Part shown: piece by piece, positions 50,119-63,124 of the stretch
Layout: each line of letters starts with the position of its first letter
How positions within the stretch are numbered: the first letter of the stretch is position 1
Source of the DNA: Hemiscyllium ocellatum
Lineage: Eukaryota
DNA length: 64,000 nucleotides
Direction of reading: 5' to 3'
Assembly: GCF_020745735.1 (NCBI RefSeq)
Contig: NC_083446.1
Span: 13,184,068 to 13,248,067 of the forward strand
Program-made: the position numbers and the translations under genes
The notes under the pieces: generated by a model
Told to the model about the DNA's origin: nothing
Database searches by the model: none
Seen by the model: the letters and a program-made list of their open reading frames with translations, nothing else

Positions 50119-50760
50119 TCACTTATGGATTCGCTGGTGTCTCTGCAGATGTTCTGCACTCTGCTGAGTGAATTCACTCTGCACTCTGCTGAGTGAATTC
50201 CATCCCACACACAGAGCAGGGGAATGGCTTCTCACCACTGTGGGTGCATTGGTGTTCTTTGAGGTCGATTGAATGTCCTCCTGCAGGAGGTGCAGCAAAA
50301 TGGATTCTCCTTAGTGTGAAAATGGTGGTGTGACTGGACGGCGAGCAATGGCGAGAATCTCTTCCCATACACAACACAAGTGAATGGTTTCTGCCACCCA
50401 GTGTGAAATAGCTTTTGTTCAGTGAGCATATCTGAAGATCTGAAGCACTGTCCACAGGTTGTGCAGCTGAATGGCTTCTCCTCAGTGTGAACTTGCTGGT
50501 GTGAACAAAAGTTGGATGACCAGCAAATCCCTTCCCGCACACCGTACAGGTGAATGGCCTCTCCCCAGTGTGAGTGCAACGATGGATTTCCAGATGGGAT
50601 GAGTAATAAAACCCTTTCCCACAATCTTCACATTTCCATGGTTTCTCCATGGTGCTGGTGTCCTCGTGTCACTCCAGGTTGGATGCTTCGTCAAAGCCTC
50701 AGCCATACACGGAAGATATGTAAAGTTTATGTTTATTCACATATGGAGATCCATCCTGAA
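50119..50760 (-). pseudogene. C2H2 zinc-finger pseudogene (ZNF gene 4)
   Basis: Starts MEKPWKC at 50650; frameshift in finger 2, later fingers damaged and spread over different frames, ~25-bp duplication at 50153-50201; ends HQRIHK* at 50119. Confidence 0.85.
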
Positions 50761-50989
50761 AGCTCTTTGAAGAGACTTTCCAAAAATTCATCATTGTTAG
50801 CCCAGGAGGGAAATTCTGAACAGAGAATTACAGTTGCCCCTGGGACTCTGTTCACTTAAATCTGGAAATCAGTGTCCCTCCTCCCCGGGTTGAAATACAA
50901 ATAAATTGTGGGGTTTTGTTTTATCCTTTTAAGAAAATTTTTTACAAGTGATGATAAACAAATTATTTCTGAAATAGTTCTTAGGCTGC

Positions 50990-51240
50990 AGCTACAGCCA
51001 AGATAGTGGCCGCACATGCGCGCTGTGGACCAGCGCTTCGGATCTGCACGACACATGTCTTAGCTCCCGAGTGATTGACAACGTGCGGAGGCCAATAGGA
51101 AAGGGGCAGTGGATCGCCCAGGAGCAAGTGGTCCTCGAACCAATCAGAGTGAAAGAGGGGCGAGGCCAAGTCAGTGATTGGAGCATGGGCAGTGGGGCTG
51201 CTGGACCCGGAAGGAGGAGGTGGCTTGAACGTCCATAGAG
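50990..51240 (-). promoter_or_regulatory. CpG promoter P4 of the ZNF pseudogene
   Basis: NRF1-like cacatgcgcg, ccaat x2, GC box ggggcgagg, ETS ccggaag, one copy of the shared module. Confidence 0.65.
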
Positions 51241-51289
51241 TGAGGTGGTCTTTGAGGGAATGGGAATTGGGAGGTTTCAGGACTAGATG

Positions 51290-53240
51290 AGCAGAAGTTT
51301 AGAAGAACATAGCAGGCATCAGGAGGTGGAGAAATCCACGTACGTTTCGGGTATGATCCTTCTTCAGGATTGGGGGTGAGGAGAGCTACAGGTAAAAGGG
51401 GAGAGGGACGGGATGGTGAGTCAGTGATAGGTGAACACAGGTGATTCTTGAACAAGGGCCTCTGCCTGAAACGTTGACTTTCCTGCTCCTCGAATGCTGC
51501 CTGACCTGCTGTGCTTTTCCAGCACCACACTGTCGAACACAGGTGGAGGGTATGACCTTCTTGGTCGCTGAGAGGAATGACATCCAGTTGGTGGCTGGAA
51601 AGAAGGGAAAAAGTGAGTTCTGCAGATCAGAGTCGAGGAGTGTGGTGCTGGAAAAGCACAGCTGGTCAGGCAGCATCCGAGGAGCAGGAGAATTGATGTT
51701 TCAAGCATAAGCACTTCATCTTCATTCCTGATGAAGAGCTTATGCTTGAAATGTCGACTCTTGTGCACCTCGGATGCTGCCTGACCAGCTGTGCTTTTCC
51801 AGTACCACACTGTTTGGCAGGAAAGAAGGGTCGTAAGTGGAATCGAAGGGAGGAGAAGGGGCTGGAACAGGAGTCGGGAGATGGGAAGTACCCTCCATGT
51901 ATGTTCAACCAGGCTGTAACTTCCACCTGTGTTCACCTATCACTACCTCACCACTCTGCCCCCCTCCCCACCCAAAAACTCTCTCCCACACTCCCTTTAT
52001 CTGCAGCTCCCTCACCCCCACACCACAGTCCTGAAGAAGAATTTGACAAGGTTCCTCATGGGACACTGGTTAGCAAGGTTAGATCTCATGGAATACACGG
52101 AAAACTAGCCATTTGGATACAGAACTGGCTAGAGGGTAGAACACATGGTGGTGGAGGCTTGCTTTTCAGACTGGAGGCCTGTGACCAGTGGTGTGCTGGG
52201 ATTGGGGCTGGAACCACTGCTCTTTGTCATTTGTATAAATGATTTAGATGTGAACATAGGATTTATAGCTAGTAAGTTTGCAGATGACACCAAAATTGGA
52301 GATGTAGTGGACAGTGAAGGAGGTTACCTCAGATTACAATGGGATCTTGATCAGATGGGCCAATGAGCTGAGGAGTAGCAAACTGAGTTTAATTTAGATA
52401 AACATGAAGTGCTGCATTGTGAAAAAGCAGTTGGTAAGGTCTGAGGGAATGTTGCTGAACAAAGAAATCTTGGAGTGTAGTTTTGTAATTCCTTGAAAGT
52501 AATGTTGCAGGGAAATAGGATAGTGAAGAAGGCTTTTGGTATGCTTTCTTTTATTGGTAAGAGTTGGGAGATCATGTTGCGGCTGTACAGGACATTGGTT
52601 AGGCCACTTTTGGAATATTGCGTATAATTCTGGTCTTCTTCCTATCAGAAGGATGTTATGAAACTTGGAGGGGTTCAGAAAATATTTGCAAGGATGTTAC
52701 CAGGATCAGAGGATTTGAGCTACAGGGAGAGGCTGAATAGGCTGGGGCTGTTTTCCCTGGAGCGTCAGAGGCTGAGGTTTATAACATCATGAGGGGCTTG
52801 GATAGGATAAACAGAGAAGGTCTTTTCCCTGGGGTGGGGGAATCCAGAACTAGAGGGCATAGGTTCAGGATGAGAGCAGAAATATATGAAAGGGACTAAG
52901 GGGAAATGTTTTCACACAGAGGGTAATGTATGTACGGAATGAGCTGCTGGGGAAGTGGCGGAGGCTGGTACAATTGCAATATTTAAAAGGCAACTGAATG
53001 GGTATATGAATAGGAAGAGTTTAGAGGGATATGGGCCAGGTGATGGCAGGTGGGACTAGATTGGGTTGGGATATCTGGTCGGCATGGATGAGTTGGTTCT
53101 GTGCTGTATATCTCTACGATTCTGAGTTATACCCGTAACATTGACTTCACCTCCTGATGCTGCCTGGCTTACTGTGTTCTTCCAACCTCCTGCCTGTCTA
53201 TTTTAGATTCCAGCAACTGCAGATTTTTTTTGGTCTCTAA
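51290..53240. mobile_element. Nested Penelope-derived elements (inner units 51444-51534 and 51608-51814) with a CR1 (52041-53124) inserted in the right-arm HHR
   Basis: Outer inverted arms; TSDs gaacacaggtg and tggc(t/a)ggaaagaaggg; CR1 RT motifs KFADDTKIG. Confidence 0.8.
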
Positions 53241-53589
53241 CTAGGTTTTGGGAACACCCAGTGTCAGCTGTCCACACAAGGATGAGAAACTTCTGGAGCT
53301 GCATTTGTACCAAACTGCCAGAACGTCCTTTTACATGGGATTAGAAGGGCGTGATTTACATACAACAATCGCAAACAAAAAGAAATATTTATTCATACTA
53401 AGACAACAAACTGCACATGCTGGAAATCTCAAATGAAAATAGAAATTGCTGGAGAGACTCAGCAGGTCTGGCAGCTGTCAGTTGTTCTGAAGAAGGGTCA
53501 TGGACTTGAAACGTTAACTCTGCTTTCCCTCCAGCGATTAAATAATAGAGTACGGAAAGAACCATTCGACCCATTGTGTCCACATCAAC

Positions 53590-54840
53590 CCTTTGTAGAG
53601 TATCCCACGCAGACCCAGCTCCCCACCCTATCCCCATAACTCCACAGTACAGAAAGATCTGGATGCCCTGGTGCATACAGACTCCCATAGCTACCTGGAC
53701 TACACCACATCACCCCCTCCTGTAAAAATGCTATTCCATACTCCCACTTCCTCTGCATCTGCTGTATCTGCTCCCAGGAGGAGAAATTCCACTCCAGAAC
53801 ATCCCAGATGGCCTCCTGTTTCAAGGACTGCAATTTCCCCTTCCGCAAGGTCAACAATTCTCTCTAGCACATGTCCTCCACTTCCTGCGTCTCTGCCCTC
53901 AAACCCCATCCCTCCAGCAGCAACAAGGATAGAATTTACCTGGTCCTCACCTTCCACCCCACTCATCTCCAGATCGAGTGCATTATTTTCTGCCATTTCC
54001 ACTACCTACAGTCAGACACCACCACCAGAGAAATCTTTCCCTCCCCACCCCTCTGCAGAGACCAGTCCCTTCGCAACTCCCTCGTTAGGTCCACTCCCCC
54101 CACCAGCCCACCCTCTGCTCCCGGCATCTTACCTTGCCACCAGAAGAGGTGTAACACCTGTGCCCACACTTCCCTCTTCCTTTCCATCCAAGGTCCCAAA
54201 GGATCCTTTCATATCTAGCAGAGATTTTCTTGCACATCCAAATACCTCATCTACTCTGTCCACTGCTCTTGATGTGGTCTCCTCTACAATGGGGATGCCA
54301 ACTTGTGGAACGTTTCAGAGAACATCTCTGGAAAATGCAACAAACAACCTCACTGCCCTGTGACGGACCACTTTAACTCCCTCTCCCACTCTGCCAAATC
54401 TTGGGCCTCCTACACTGCCAAATCCTAGCCACCTGACACTTGGAGGAAGAATGTTTAATCTTTCATCTTGGGACCATTCAGCTACATGGCATCAATGTCA
54501 ATTTCACCAATTCCCTCATCTCCCCTCCCCCCCAACTCATCCCAGATCCAATCCTCCAACTCAGCACCATCCTCAACACCTGTCCTACCTGCCAATCTTC
54601 CTTCCCACCTAACTGCTCCACTTGCTGCTCCAACCTACCACCATCACCCCCCCTCACCATCTGCATCTACCTATTGCCTGCCCAGTTATCTTCACCCAGC
54701 CATATTCTCCCCCTCTTATGTATCTATCAGCCCCCTTCCTCCCCACATTTTTGAAGAAGGGCTTATGCCTGAAACGTCAATTCTCCCGCTCCTCAGATGC
54801 TGCATGACCTGTTGTGCTTTTCTGGTGCCAGACGTTTCAA
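53590..54840 (+). mobile_element. Penelope-like element, RT C-terminus to GIY-YIG and HHR tail
   Basis: TDSHSYLDYT, LVLTFHP, PCHQKRCNTC, EEECLIFHLGTIQLHGIN; HHR at ~54748-54783. Confidence 0.88.
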
Positions 54841-54959
54841 TTCTGAGCATGAATATCATGGAAGGTAGTACTGAAGAGCAGAAGGAGCAGAGCGTATCTC
54901 CAGATTGCTGGAGTTAGCAGGATAGATAGACAAGGGGCTTAAGAATTTAGGTGGTTACG

Positions 54960-55830
54960 GATGCTTGCCGGTATGAGCCGAGGCACAGAATACAAGAGCA
55001 AGAATATTAGGCTGGAACTGTATAAAACACTGGTTGGGTCACAACTGGAGTACTGTGTGCAGTTCTGACTACCACCTTTTCGGAAGAATGTGATTGCACT
55101 GTAGAGAAAGGTACACCAGGTTGTTACCTGGGCTGGAGGGGCTCCGCTATGTGGAAAGATTGGATAGGCTGGAGTTGTTTGCCTAGATGCAACAAAGCAC
55201 AGTGGCTCAGTGGTTAGCACTGCTGCCTGACAGCGCCAGGGACCCAGGTTCGATTCCAGCCTCGGGACTGTCTGTGTTGAGTTTGCACATTCTCCCTGCC
55301 CCTGCGTGGGTTTTCTTCGGGTGCTCTGGTTTCCTCCCATAATCCAAAGATGTGCAGGTCAGGTGAATTGGCCATGCTAAATTGCACCATTGTATTAGTC
55401 TGGGGGTAAATAGAGGGTTTGGGTGGGTTACTTTTCGGAGGGTCGGTGTGGACATGTTAGGCTGATGGGCCTGTTTCCATACTGTAGGGATTCTAACCTA
55501 ATCTAATGGTTGAGAAAGAACCTAATGGAGATGTATAAGATTCTGAGCACCATAGATTAGATGGATAGGTAGGTACAAGTTTAAGAGGTGGAAGGTTAAG
55601 ACGAGAGTTGAGGAAAATTTGGTGGGAGTGTGGAACTCACTGCCTGAAAGCATGATTGAGTCAGAAATTCTTCTGAGCAGCATTTGGATATCCACTTGCA
55701 TTTCCATGGCCTCCAGAGCTATGAGGCAAAGGCTGGAAAATAGGGTTGTGTAGTCAGATCTTTGTCAACTTGCACAGACATAAATGGGCCAAATGGCCTA
55801 CTTCTGTGAAGTACAGGTCTATGATTCAAA
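54960..55830 (+). mobile_element. Old CR1 fragment with an HE1 SINE inserted at 55197-55506
   Basis: LELYKTLVGSQLEYCVQF; SINE head gtggctcagtggttagcactgctgcc. Confidence 0.82.
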
Positions 55831-56289
55831 CACAAAGATGTTGTTTTCTACATATGGAGTGGATTGTACAAGATGTTTGCTGAAGTTGCAAATGGCATTG
55901 GTAAAACTAAATTGAGGGCACTATATATACTTTTGGTTCTTTCTGTTAAGAATGGATATAATTAGATTAGAAGTAATTTAAAGGGATTAATAATAAGCAT
56001 GAAGGCTAACGAGAAAGGGTTGGACAGGATGGGCTTGTATCCATTGTCATTTGGAAGAATAAGGGGGCAATATGCAATCCAGGTGGATACTGAAAGGATA
56101 TTTCCCCTTATTGGAGAGACAAGGTGACCAGACATTGATTAAAAATAAGGGGTATCTTTTAAGATGGAAATGAAGAAGACTTTTTTTTCTCTCAGAATGT
56201 TGTTAGCGTGTGGGAAATCTTGTGCATGGTGAAAAGTGGTGCTAAGGTCACTGAATATATTTTAGATTACATTAGATGGATTCTTGATT

Positions 56290-58410
56290 TTTTTAATTTC
56301 AAAACTACACTTCATTCAAAAGATCACGTATAAGTACAAAGGTTCTAAATTGGTTCAATATAGTCTTTGCAGAGACAAAAAAACACAAATGTTAGGATTT
56401 TAACATTTCTCAGAGCTTCACAAATAAAGCATTTTATTCTTATGCAGGAAACTATGTTCATTTTGAGGCAATGAGAGGGTCTGACAACTGAACAGATGAT
56501 CGTCATATTTTGGCAGAAAGATCTTAGACAACAGTCTGTTCCCACTGCATTTTTGGTGACAGCTGTCCCAAGTGTTAGTGCCTTCACACAGACTGCAAAA
56601 CCCGGCTGAGGTCAGCTGTTGATCAAGATAGTTAAAAGGTATGTGATACACCCATCCTGTGAAAGAACAGGTTAGGGGATGAGTAACATAAAAGTTGAAG
56701 AACTGCAGATGTTGAAAATCAGAAACAAGAACAAATTGCTGGAAAATCTCAGCAGGTAAACAATTTCAGTGGAAGGGTTCTGAAGAAGGCTCATTGGATC
56801 ATAAATTTTAACTCCACTTTCTCTTCATAGGATGTTGCCAGAAAGCTGATTTTTTTCCAGCAAATTCAAAAACTCAGCAAGACCTCTTTGGAACTTTTCC
56901 TTCCCCCACATTTGGGGACATCACAGGCATCAGCACACCTGAGTGCAGTGGGCCACCTTGTCCTGGGAGAATTCCCCCTTTTAATTTAAAACATATACTT
57001 TATTCATAAAAAATATAATTGTATATATAAATAGTCACAAACACAGTTGGGTTCTGTACAATATATCAAGGAAACAAACAAACATTGGAGTTTAACTCTA
57101 TGCAAAGGACTGTATTTACATGCATTTGAGGCACCAGAAGGGTCTGATAACTGAACGGACCCCCCATGTAGCTTCAGCAGAAAGATGTCAGAGAGTGGTC
57201 TTTCCCCACTGCACAATGGTGGCAGCCACAAGCTTCAGTGCATCCCTCAGCACGTAGTCCTGGATCTCGGAACGTACCAGTCTACAACACTCGGTCGAGG
57301 TCACATTCTTGTTCTGGAAGACCAATAAATTTTGGGGAGACCAAAGTGTCTTTCACCGATTTGATGGTCCTGTAGGTGCCGTCGATATTTTAGGCAAAAT
57401 TGAGGACTGCAGATGCTGGAAATCAGAATCTAGATCAGAGCAATGCTGGAAAAGCACAGCAGGTCAGGCAACATTCGAGGAGCAGGAAAATCGATATGGG
57501 TGGCACGGTGGCACAGTGGTTAGCACTGCTGCCTCACAGCGCCAGAGACCTGGGTTCAATTTCCGCCTCAGGCAACTGCGTGGGTTTCCTCCGGGTGCTC
57601 CGGCTTCCTCCCACAGTCCAAAAATGTGCAGGTTAGGTGAATTGGCCATGCTAAATTGCCCGTAGTGTTAGGTGAAGGGGTAAATGTAGGGGAATGGTTC
57701 TGGATGGGTTGCGCTTCGGCGGGTTGGTGTGGACTTGTTGGGGCGAAGGGCCTGTTTCCACACTGTAAGTAATCTAATCTAAAATTTCGGACAAAAGCCC
57801 TTCATCAGGAATGAAGGCAGGGAGCCTCCAGGGTGGAGAGATAAATGGGAGAGGGTTGGGGCTGGGGAGAAGGTAGCAAAGTGTACATTAGGTAGATGGG
57901 GGTGGGGATGAAAGTGATAGGTCAGAGAGGAGGGTGGAGAGGATAGGTGGGAAGGAAGATTGGCAGGTAGGGCAGGTCATGAGGATGGTGCTGAGCTGGA
58001 AGGTTAGAACTGGGGTAGGGTGGGGGGATGGAAAATGAGGAAACTGGCGAAGTCCACACTGATGCCCTGGGGTTGAAGTGTTCTGAGGGGAAAGATGAGG
58101 CGTTCTTCCTCCAGGTGGTGAGGGAGTGGCTTTTGGTGTACGTCCCAGGCAACAAGCATTACAGCAATGTGTCCTGCATCATGGAGCTGTTCAGGATGAC
58201 CATCTTTCTCCAAACTTCTCTTGCAAAGGCACATTCCAGAAGAAGATGTATGATCGTCTCAACCCCTGCACAGCTGCTTAATGGGCAATGTGTGGTAGGG
58301 CATACAAGAAAGATCTCATAGGGAGGTGCCCTTCTTACCCAACCAGGCGATGTCTTGGTGCTTGTTAGAAAGTTCTGGTGATTAGGCACTCTCTCCTTTT
58401 TCCACAGGGT
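56290..58410 (-). mobile_element. Tx1/L1-clade 3' fragments interrupted by a Penelope fragment (57395-58135) and an HE1 SINE (57496-57783)
   Basis: zf-RVT-like CPLSSCAGVETIIHLLLECAFAREVWR; 3' end aataaagtata at ~57000; PLE LEEERLIFPLRTLQPQGI. Confidence 0.75.
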
Positions 58411-58419
58411 CTCAAAAAT

Positions 58420-59610
58420 GTTACATACAAAAGACAATGCAGCACTGGAAAAGGCCCTTCAGCCCTCCAAGCCTGCGTCACCATATTTTGCCCTTCCATA
58501 CTAAAACTGTCCTTACTTAGAGGATCCATATCCCTCTATTCGCTATATATTCATGTATTCGTCCAGATGTTTCTTGAATGTTGCTATTGTATCTGTTTCT
58601 ATCACCTCCTCTGGCAATGTGTTCCAACCACTCACCACCCTTTGTGTGAAAAACGTATCTCGCACATCTCTTTTAAACTTCCCCCCTCGCACCTTGAACC
58701 CGTGTCCCTTCGTAATTGACCCATCCAGTCTGTGGAAAAAAACCTCATACTTTCTACTCTATCCATGCTATTCACAATCTTATAAACTTCTATTCGGTTG
58801 TCCCTGAACCTCCTGTGTTCCAGTGAAAACAAACCCAGTCTATCCAACCTTTCGTTATAGCTAAAATCCCCCATACCAGGCAACATTCTAATAAACCTTT
58901 TCTGTACCCTCTCCAAAGCATTCACATCTTCTGGTATTGTAGTGACCACACCTATACGCACTATTCCAAGTATGGCCAAACTAAAGTTCTATAAAGTTGC
59001 AGCATAACTTGTCTATCCTGATACTCAATGCCCCTTCCAATGAAGGCAAGTATGCCATAGACCTTTCTTGCTACCTTATCCACCTACACTGCCACATTCA
59101 GTGATCTGTGGAACTGCACTCATATCAATACTCCTACGGATTTTGGCAGTTGCTGTATAATTTCCACCTGTAGTTGAACTTCCAAAATACATTACCTCAC
59201 ATTTATTTGAATTAAACTCCATCTGCCATTTTTCTGCCCATGCCTCCAATTGATACATATCTTGCTGTATCCTCTGACAATCCTTCTCACTATCTGCAAC
59301 TCTACCAATCTTTGTATCATCCACAAACTTACTAATTAGTCCAGCTGCATTTTTCTCAAATCATTTATGTAGATCACAAACAGCAAATGCACCAGCACTG
59401 ATCCCTGTGGAAAACCACTAGTCACAGCATTTCGTTCTACCGCTACACTCTGTCTCCTATCACTAAGCCAGTTCTGTATCCATCTTGCCAGATCATCCTT
59501 GATACCACATGACCACCTTTTCTACCAGTCTGCCATGAGGGACCTTTACTGAAGACCACGTAGGCAATATCAATTGTTTTTCACTCATCATCTTCGTCAT
59601 CTCAAAAAAC
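58420..59610 (-). mobile_element. CR1 RT-to-3' fragment
   Basis: ORFs 58632-58979 and 59076-59324 (DDTKIG..WAEKWQMEFN..KCEVM). Confidence 0.9.
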
Positions 59611-59934
59611 TTGATGTCTCGTCATCTCAAAAAACTTGATGTCATGCTGACAACTTCCTGATGGACTTGTGGTGAAAGGAGTTTCTCTTTGCAAATGTCT
59701 CCATGAAGGACAGGTGATACAGAATGGTTCGACTACTCAGAGCATTCCACAGCAACGAGGCCAGTCCCAACCTTTGCAACATCAGGGACAGTAAATTCAG
59801 GGAATGTGATGGCAGAGTGGCATTATCTCTAGATCATTAATCCAGAGGCCAATCTTCAGAACCATTCTTCTGAAATTGTTTTCCTGCTGAGTTTTTCCAG
59901 CAATTTCTGGTTTTGGTAGTGAATGTGTTACTAA

Positions 59935-60660
59935 GTATCTCTTTAAATCAGCCCTTGAATTGTTTGTGCATTATCTCATCATGTTCCACTGTTTCGGTAA
60001 CAAATATTGGAACGTTTGCTTCAGCCCCACAAACCGAAAAGCCCACTTTACCCCCAAGGTCTGACACAAGTCAGATTTCCAGACAAGTGAGGGTTTTGGC
60101 CAATGGGGAAATGAATCCAACTCAACCCCGCCCCTCATTCACTCCGATTGGTTGGTATACCTGTAACGCATCCCATGCTCCGGTTCAGCCCCCTATTGCT
60201 ATTGGTCGGGAGGCGCCGACAATCACCTGAGCCCTATTGTCTACCGAAACATGCGCATTGACAACAGGTGGGTGTTTCGAGCATGCGCGTTGTGAGGTCT
60301 GGCCGTGGAGAGACGTTAGTTTGTCAGATCGGCGGGCGGTAAGGCGGGGAGGGGCGGGAGAAGGGGAGGTCATCGTTCGGCTCTTTGGCTCAGCGGGAAA
60401 CATTCATAAATGTCCAGTGCACGTCTCAAACCGCATTAGAGGGCCTATCGGCCTAGGCCGAGCGGCAAACAGATGCACGCTGCCCGCGGGAGACAAGGGG
60501 CCCAGCGAATGGCCAATATCTCTGGGGGTCGGAGAGGAGAGAGCGATGAGGGGGAGGTTTGAGCGGTGCGCATGCGCGACACATCCCAATGATATCAGAT
60601 TGGGCGTGTCCGGCCCCTGTGACCACGTGACCCGGGGGGTATTCTGAGACAGAGCCACAT
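59935..60660. promoter_or_regulatory. CpG island promoter P5, paralogous to P2; target gene not seen in window
   Basis: NRF1 motifs at ~60250, ~60281, ~60568; CCAAT x4, GC boxes, E-box ccacgtgacc; 59935-60155 aligns with 27620-27840. Confidence 0.75.
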
Positions 60661-60747
60661 TGAAATTGAGACACAAACTCATTCCTCGGTCCACACAGGC
60701 TACCAGTACTCCTAAGCTTCTGTGCCAGTTATCCCTTTCCGTCCTTT

Positions 60748-61052
60748 GTGGGCGGTGACTCAGTGATTAGCACTGCTGCCTCACAGTGCCAGAGACCCTG
60801 GTTCATTTCCAGCCTTGGGTGATCTGTGTGGAGTTTCCACATTCTCCCTGTGTCTGCATGGGTTTCCTCTGGGTGCTCTGGTTTCCTCCCACGGTCCAAA
60901 GATGGCAGGTCAGGTGAATTGGCCATGCTAAATTGCCCATAGGTGAGAAGCTTAAGGTGGATTGGCTAGGAAAAAATAGAGGGTTTTAGGCATAGGCAAA
61001 GCAGTGAGTCATTGGGTCGAATGGCTTGTTTCCACACTGTAGGGATTCTATG
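60748..61052 (+). mobile_element. HE1-type SINE
   Basis: Head, V-domain and tail as in the other copies. Confidence 0.82.
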
Positions 61053-62014
61053 AGGTGGGCCTTCATGGAGTATGCTCCGGGAGATGGCGGAGCAGAAGTA
61101 GACCATTTGGTCCATTGAGTCCACTCTGTCATTCAATGAAATTGTGCTTGATCTCATGATTTTCAAATCCAACTATTTTGCCAGACTCTTAATATTCCTT
61201 ACCAATTAAAAAGTCTCTCTCTCTCTCTCTCAACCTTGAGTTTTCTTAATGACCCAGCCTTAGCAGCTTTCTACCATAAATAGTTTCCCTAGCTCTCAAT
61301 GCTGTGAGAGCAGAAGTTCCACCTCCACTGTCTTAAATGGGTGACAAGATTGTCTTCTGGTTGCAGACTCTCGTGATCTCTTCCTATCACCTTGTTACAG
61401 AGGTCAACAGCACAGAAAATGACCCATCAAGTCAATGCTAGTTTGTTTTTAAAACAACCTAATTCTTAAACTCATTTTCCAGGTCTTGTCTCATAGCCTT
61501 GTATGGTTCTTATCTAAACATGTTGTAAATGTTATAAAGGTGTCTGACTCTATGATCCTTGCAGATGTTAAGTATTAGATTCCCACCATCTCATGAAGTT
61601 AAAGTCAAGCTCTCTTAAAAATCTACATGTTACGATAAGGTGTCCCCTCATTCTTCTAAACTGGAATGAGCATAAGTCCAATCTACTCAACCGCTCTTAA
61701 AATTAAAATTCCTCCATATCTGGGTTCAACCTAGTTGAAGTTCTGTGGACTGCATCCAATGCCAGTTTATTTTTTCTTGAATAAGGGGACCAAAACCATT
61801 CACAGTATTCAAATTGTGGGCCCGGAAACATCAGGAGAGAATGTTGGGTATACCTATTCTGGACTGATTGGGATCAATTTTATGAATTGCTTTTACAGGG
61901 GTTAGAAGGGAAGAATTGACATGCAACAAACCTGACATATGCATCATATTTAGTTGCCATTGTTACTCAAATAATCTGGAAGTAGACATTAGAGTTACGT
62001 GTGAGCATTAAAAT

Positions 62015-63100
62015 TTATTTTACTCTTTCAGGGGATGTGGGGTTAGCTGCCAATCCTTTTATTGCCCATCCCTGGTTTTCCTTGAGATAGTGGTAGTGAG
62101 TTGTCTTGCAGAACCACTGCTGTCCAATAGTTATGGGGTGCACCAACAATGCTGCACAGGAGTTCCAGGATTTGGTCCCAGCGTTGGTGAAGGAAATGCA
62201 ACATAGTTCCAAGTCAGAATGGTGAGTGGCTTAGAAATGTAAAAGATTGGAGCAGGAACAGGCCATTCAGCCATTCAATCCTGCTCTCAATCAAAATAAC
62301 TGTTATTGATCATCCAATACAGTACCTGGTTTGTGCTTTATCCCCATACCCTTTGATCCCTTTAGCTCTAAAAGCTACAGCTAACTCCTTTTTGAAAGTG
62401 TTCTATGTTTTGACCTCAACTGCTTTCTGTGGCACAGAATTCTGCAAACTCACCACTCTGAGTGAAAATATTTCTCTTCACCTCAGTCCTCAGGCTTAGT
62501 GGGGAACTTGCAGGTAGAGATACACATTGATGGTACACATTGTTGTTATTAAGTTGTTGGTGGAGGGACTGAATGTGGATGTAATCTTAATCAAGCGAGC
62601 TGCTTTGTCCTGGGTGGTGTCAAGCTTTGGGAGTATTGTTGGAGAGACAACCATTCAGGGCAAATGGGAGGATGCCATCATACTCCTAACTTCTGCCTTG
62701 TAGATAAGGATTTGGGGAGTCAAGAGGTGAGTTACTTGCTGCAGGAATCCTTGCTGCTGTCCTCCTCTTGTCACCAGTGTTTATGTGGCTAATCTAGTTC
62801 ATTGTCTGGTCAGTGGTAACCCCAGGATGTTAATAATTTGGGAATTTAGTGATGGAAAAGCCATTGATTGATTGTCATGGGGAATGGTTAGATTCTCTCA
62901 ATGGATATGATCATTGTCTGACAGGTTGAGTAGCACAGTGTTACTTGCCATTTGTAAGCCCAAACCAGAATATTGTCCAGGCCTGCTGCATTTGGACATA
63001 GAATGCTTCAGTATCTGAAGAGTTGCCTATTCTGCAAGCATGTTGACATCTGATTTTTTGATGGAGGGAAAGTCATTAATGAAGTAGCTGAAGATAATTA
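62015..63100 (-). mobile_element. LINE family B 3' fragments with an intervening CR1 tail
   Basis: Reverse of ccagggatgggcaataaa tail and RT segments matching 41015-42160. Confidence 0.7.
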
Positions 63101-63124
63101 GATTGAAAAGTGACCTTTCCTGGC

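Noticed and set aside
59591-59643. ~26-bp tandem duplication at a CR1 5' junction
   Set aside because: Ordinary slippage or insertion scar.
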